A DNA stretch of 64,000 nt from Rudaea sp. (GTDB lineage Bacteria; Pseudomonadota; Gammaproteobacteria; Xanthomonadales; Rhodanobacteraceae), in NCBI GenBank assembly GCA_036267795.1, contig DATAVJ010000172.1, positions 14,302 to 78,301 on the forward strand, in the 5' to 3' direction. Made by a program: the position numbers and the translations under genes. Positions 60,152-64,000 of this stretch are shown piece after piece. How positions within the stretch are numbered: the first letter of the stretch is position 1; each line of letters starts with the position of its first letter. The notes below the pieces were generated by a model that did no database searches, was not told where the DNA came from, and saw nothing but the letters and a program-made list of their open reading frames with translations.

Positions 60152-60709
60152 GTGAGGGCAAGAGCAGGCGGACGAATCGGCATCGGCGCACTCTTGCTGA
60201 TGCTCGCGCTGATTCCCGCGCCAGCCATGGGCCAAGCCACCCAGCCTGCGGCGGAGAAGATCGGCTATGTCGATTTCAAGCGCCTCATCGACAATGCGCC
60301 GCAGATGATCGAAAGCCAAACCAAGCTCCAGAAAGAATTCGCCGCGCGCGACAGCGCGCTGACCGCCGACGAAAAACGCCTGGTCGGCATGCGCCAACGC
60401 TACGAACGCGACGGCGCCATCATGAGCAAGACCGACGCCGATGCACTCAAGCGCGACATCGACACGCTCGAACGCGCCGTCAAACGCGGCCGCGACGATC
60501 TGCACAACGATTTCAACACCCGCGCTGTCGCCGAACGCGACCGCATCTGGCAAGACATCGACAATGCCGTCATCGAATACGCACACGCGAACAATTACGA
60601 TCTGATCGTGACCAGTCCGGTGATCTACGCCAGTCCGCGCATCGACATCACCGAGCCGGTGCTCGAACGCCTGCGGCGCGCAAAAAATCCCGCGGGCGCG
60701 AAACCGTGA
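60152..60709 (+). CDS. skp: Periplasmic chaperone Skp/OmpH
   Basis: KIGYVDF.RLI..AP, coiled coil, [11 protein letters not shown]; position between bamA and lpxD. Confidence 0.9.
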   Translation: MRARAGGRIGIGALLLMLALIPAPAMGQATQPAAEKIGYVDFKRLIDNAPQMIESQTKLQKEFAARDSALTADEKRLVGMRQRYERDGAIMSKTDADALKRDIDTLERAVKRGRDDLHNDFNTRAVAERDRIWQDIDNAVIEYAHANNYDLIVTSPVIYASPRIDITEPVLERLRRAKNPAGAKP

Positions 60710-61734
60710 CCGCCGTGGCGCGGCATTCCCTGTCCGATCTCGCGCAGCGTTTCGGGCTGACGTTGCGCGGCGACGGCGCGCAGCCGATCACCGGCGTCGG
60801 CACGCTCGTGTCGGCGACGACGGAGCAATTGAGTTTTCTCGCCAACGCGCAATACCGCGCGCAGTTGGCCGAAAGCCATGCGGGCGCCATCGTCCTGACC
60901 GCCGACAACGCCGACCACTGGCGCGGCAATTGTCTGGTGGCATCCGATCCCTACGTCGCATTCGCGAAAATCGCGAAGCTCTACGAAAAAATGCCCGCCG
61001 CCGCGCCGGGCGTGCACCCGAGTTCCGTCGTCGCGCCAAGCGCGCGCGTCGCGTCCGGCGCCAGCATCGGACCGCTGTGCGTCGTCGAAGACAACGCGGT
61101 GATCGACGACGGCGTCATCGTCGGCGCGAATTGCGTGATCGGCGCCGATTGCGTCGTCGGTGCGCAATCGCGATTGATGGCGCGCGTGACGCTGGTCGCG
61201 AAAGTCACGTTGGGCAAACGCGTGCTGGTTCATTCGGGTGCCGTGCTGGGTGCCGACGGTTTTGGTTTGGCGTTCGAAAAGGATCACTGGATCAAGGTGC
61301 CGCAACTCGGCGGCGTGCGCGTCGGCGACGATTCGGAGATCGGCGCGAACACGACGATCGACCGCGGCGCCATCGAAGACACCGTGCTCGAAGAAGACGT
61401 GCGCCTCGACAACCAAATCCAGATCGCGCACAACGTCCATATCGGCGCGCACACCGCGATGGCCGGCTGCTCGGCCGTAGCGGGCAGCGCGAAGATCGGC
61501 CGCTACTGCCTCATCGGCGGCGGCGCTGGCATACTTGGACACATAACCATCGCGGACAACGTCCGCATCACCGCACGTGCGATGATTACGCAATCGATAA
61601 AAAACCCTGGGGAATACTCGTCGGGAATGCCGTTTCAGGAGAGCAAGATCTGGCGCCGCAACGCGGTGCGTTTTCGCCACCTGGACGAACTTTTTCGCCG
61701 CGTCCAAGCCCTCGAGAAGGATTTCAAATCATGA
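60706..61734 (+). CDS. lpxD: UDP-3-O-acylglucosamine N-acyltransferase
   Basis: DPYVAFA, hexapeptide repeats, [22 protein letters not shown]. Confidence 0.98.
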   Translation: MTAVARHSLSDLAQRFGLTLRGDGAQPITGVGTLVSATTEQLSFLANAQYRAQLAESHAGAIVLTADNADHWRGNCLVASDPYVAFAKIAKLYEKMPAAAPGVHPSSVVAPSARVASGASIGPLCVVEDNAVIDDGVIVGANCVIGADCVVGAQSRLMARVTLVAKVTLGKRVLVHSGAVLGADGFGLAFEKDHWIKVPQLGGVRVGDDSEIGANTTIDRGAIEDTVLEEDVRLDNQIQIAHNVHIGAHTAMAGCSAVAGSAKIGRYCLIGGGAGILGHITIADNVRITARAMITQSIKNPGEYSSGMPFQESKIWRRNAVRFRHLDELFRRVQALEKDFKS

Positions 61735-62195
61735 GCGAAAAACAACCCTTCACCGTACCGGTGAATGTCGAAGAGATATTGCAGCTTCTGCCGCACCGGT
61801 ATCCGTTCCTGCTGGTCGACCGTGTCGTCGAATTGACGCCGAACAAGCACGTCAAGGCGATCAAGAACGTCACGATCAACGAGCCGTTCTTCAACGGCCA
61901 TTTTCCCGGCCACCCCGTCATGCCCGGCGTGCTGATCGTCGAATCGCTCGCGCAGGCGTGCGGACTGCTGATTTTCCTCTCCGCGCAAGAACGAAACAGC
62001 CGCCGGCTTTTCTATCTCGTCAAAGTCGACAACGCGAAATTCTCCGCGCTCGTGGTTCCGGGGGACCAACTCGTGCTCGACGTCGAGCTGCGCCGCACGA
62101 TCCGCAAGATGGGTCAATTCATTTGCCGCGCCTTCGTCGGCGACAAGCAGGTCGCCGAAGCGGAACTGCTCTGCGCAGAGCGTCCGTCGGAATGA
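61731..62195 (+). CDS. fabZ: 3-hydroxyacyl-ACP dehydratase
   Basis: [33 protein letters not shown]. Confidence 0.98.
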   Translation: MSEKQPFTVPVNVEEILQLLPHRYPFLLVDRVVELTPNKHVKAIKNVTINEPFFNGHFPGHPVMPGVLIVESLAQACGLLIFLSAQERNSRRLFYLVKVDNAKFSALVVPGDQLVLDVELRRTIRKMGQFICRAFVGDKQVAEAELLCAERPSE

Positions 62196-62962
62196 TTCAT
62201 CCCACCGCGGTCGTCGATTCCAGCGTAAAACTCGGCACCGGCGTCAGCATCGGCGCCTACAGCGTCATCGGTCCTCATGTCGACATCGGCGACGACTGCA
62301 CGATCGGTCCGCACGTCGTCATCCAGGGGCCGACACGTATCGGGCGCGAAACGCGCATCTTCCAATTCGCATCGATCGGCGCCGATCCGCAGGACAAAAA
62401 ATTCCACGGCGAAAACAGCGAGCTGATCCTCGGCGAACGCAACATGATCCGCGAGTTCGTCACTATCAACCGCGGCACCGCCGACGGTGGCGGCGCCACG
62501 CGCATCGGCGACGACAACTGGATCATGGCGTACTGCCACATCGCGCACGATTGCCAGGTCGGCAGCAACACGGTTTTCTCGAACGGCGCGACGCTGGCCG
62601 GTCACTGCGAAGTGGGCGATCACGTAATCTTTTCGGGCTACTCCGGCGCGCATCAGTTTTGCCGCATCGGCCGCCATGCGTTTCTCGCCATGGGCACGCA
62701 CCTCAACGGCGACCTGCCGCCGTTCATGCTCGCCGGCGTCGAATACGGCCGGCCGCGCGGCATCAACAGCGAAGGTCTGAAGCGCCGCGGCTTCTCACCG
62801 GAGCGAATCGCCGCGATCAAACGCGCCTACAAAACCATTTACACATCCGGACTGACGCTCGAAGAAGCCCGCGCAGAACTTTCGCGCGCCGCCGTCAATG
62901 CGCCGGACGTGAAAGAGATGCTCGACTTTCTCAATAGCGGACAGCGTCCCTTGTTTCGATGA
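62192..62962 (+). CDS. lpxA: UDP-N-acetylglucosamine acyltransferase
   Basis: MIHPTAVV, hexapeptide repeats, [31 protein letters not shown]. Confidence 0.98.
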   Translation: MIHPTAVVDSSVKLGTGVSIGAYSVIGPHVDIGDDCTIGPHVVIQGPTRIGRETRIFQFASIGADPQDKKFHGENSELILGERNMIREFVTINRGTADGGGATRIGDDNWIMAYCHIAHDCQVGSNTVFSNGATLAGHCEVGDHVIFSGYSGAHQFCRIGRHAFLAMGTHLNGDLPPFMLAGVEYGRPRGINSEGLKRRGFSPERIAAIKRAYKTIYTSGLTLEEARAELSRAAVNAPDVKEMLDFLNSGQRPLFR

Positions 62963-64000
62963 CGACGGACGCGAGTCCACTGTTCGTTCTCGTCGCAGGG
63001 GAAGCTTCGGGGGATCTGCTCGGCGCAGACCTCATCGCCGGCCTGCGCAAAAAAATCCCCGGCGCACGCTTCGCAGGAATCGGCGGGCCGCGCATGGCCG
63101 CCGCCGGAATGCAGCTTTGGCATGCGGCGGAAAAACTGAGCGTGATGGGCTTCGTCGAAGTGATCGCGCACCTGCCGAGCTTGTTCGCCGTGCGCCGCGA
63201 TCTTCTCGCGCGCACGTTGCGCGAGCGCCCCGCCGCGTTCATCGGCATCGATGCGCCGGACTTCAACCTCGGCATCGAACGCAAGCTCAAGCAGGCCGGC
63301 ATCCGCACCATCCATTATGTGAGTCCGTCGATCTGGGCATGGCGCGAAAAGCGCGCCGACAAAATCGCCGAGAGCGCCGAACGCGTGCTCTGCCTGTTTC
63401 CGATGGAGCCGCCGATTTACGCGAAGCATCGCGTGGATGCGCGCTTCGTCGGCCATCCACTGGCGCGCGCGATTCCGCTCGATCCGGATCACGCCGGCGC
63501 GCGACGAGAACTCGGCATTGCGGACGATGCACCGCTGCTGGCGTTGCTGCCCGGCAGCCGTCTGGGCGAAATCAAACGGCTCGGCAAACTTTTTTTCGAC
63601 GCGGCGGCAATGCTGAAACGGCAATTGCCGACGCTCGAAATCGTGGTGCCCGCCGCGAACGCCGCATGCCGCACGGCCATTGCCGCGATGCTCGCCGCCG
63701 ATCCGAAATTCGGTGCGCTCAACGTTCGGCTGATCGACGGCAACGCACGCACTGCCATGCTCGCCGCGGACGCCATCCTGCTCGCATCCGGCACGGCGGC
63801 ACTCGAAGCGATGCTCGCCAAACGTCCGATGGCCGTGGCGTATCGCGTCAATCCGTTCACGTATTGGATCGTCAAGAAATTCGGCATCCTGCCGGCAAAT
63901 GTATACTCTTTGCCAAATATACTCGCCGGCCGGACGATCGTGCCGGAGTTGATGCAGGACGATTGCACCGCACCGGCGCTGACTGAAACCTTGCTGCCTC
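62959..64000 (+). CDS. lpxB: Lipid-A-disaccharide synthase (3' truncated by window edge; not listed in the ORF track)
   Basis: Manual translation from ATG 62959: [66 protein letters not shown]. Confidence 0.96.
   Translation, partial: MTTDASPLFVLVAGEASGDLLGADLIAGLRKKIPGARFAGIGGPRMAAAGMQLWHAAEKLSVMGFVEVIAHLPSLFAVRRDLLARTLRERPAAFIGIDAPDFNLGIERKLKQAGIRTIHYVSPSIWAWREKRADKIAESAERVLCLFPMEPPIYAKHRVDARFVGHPLARAIPLDPDHAGARRELGIADDAPLLALLPGSRLGEIKRLGKLFFDAAAMLKRQLPTLEIVVPAANAACRTAIAAMLAADPKFGALNVRLIDGNARTAMLAADAILLASGTAALEAMLAKRPMAVAYRVNPFTYWIVKKFGILPANVYSLPNILAGRTIVPELMQDDCTAPALTETLLP

Noticed and set aside
1-64000. tRNA, rRNA, prophage, integrase or biosynthetic gene cluster
   Set aside because: No cloverleaf or rRNA signature, and no phage, recombinase or NRPS/PKS/RiPP core gene recognised by eye. 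tRNAscan-SE, geNomad and antiSMASH would be the decisive checks.

Overview
GC-rich (roughly 60-65% by eye) bacterial chromosomal DNA. Gene order and protein styles suggest Xanthomonadales, probably Rhodanobacteraceae (Rudaea/Dokdonella-like); this is an inference. The right third is conserved housekeeping: parC, dapE-yffB-dapD-glnD-map, and rpsB-tsf-pyrH-frr-uppS-cdsA-dxr-rseP-bamA-skp-lpxD-fabZ-lpxA-lpxB. The left two thirds mix core and accessory genes. These include a GH94 C-terminus, a cold-shock gene, xth, an ECF43-type sigma factor with a Ser/Thr kinase, HiPIP, rlmKL, ampD, tesB, ate/bpt, purT, a transglutaminase-like protein, an SPFH-Arc operon, two penicillin-acylase-family genes, a GldAFG-like ABC cassette, a NarL/DesK-type two-component system, an MFS pump and fluc/crcB. 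Non-coding elements are a fluoride riboswitch, the rpsB (t44-like) leader, several terminators, two 169-bp ~89%-identical palindromic repeats with associated REP-like hairpins, and a 16-bp triple repeat. A DinJ-YafQ toxin-antitoxin module with a frameshifted toxin sits between tsf and pyrH. I found no tRNA, rRNA, CRISPR array, transposase or prophage gene. The best leads are: the C-terminal DxVFxDGFE putative sorting signal; the repeat-bracketed SPFH cassette; the ECF43 sigma with Gly at the usual phospho-Thr position; an acylase with atypical SGG/AGDMH motifs; and a small signal-less HiPIP-like protein missing from the ORF track as a separate gene. None of these is shown to be a novel system from the sequence alone.
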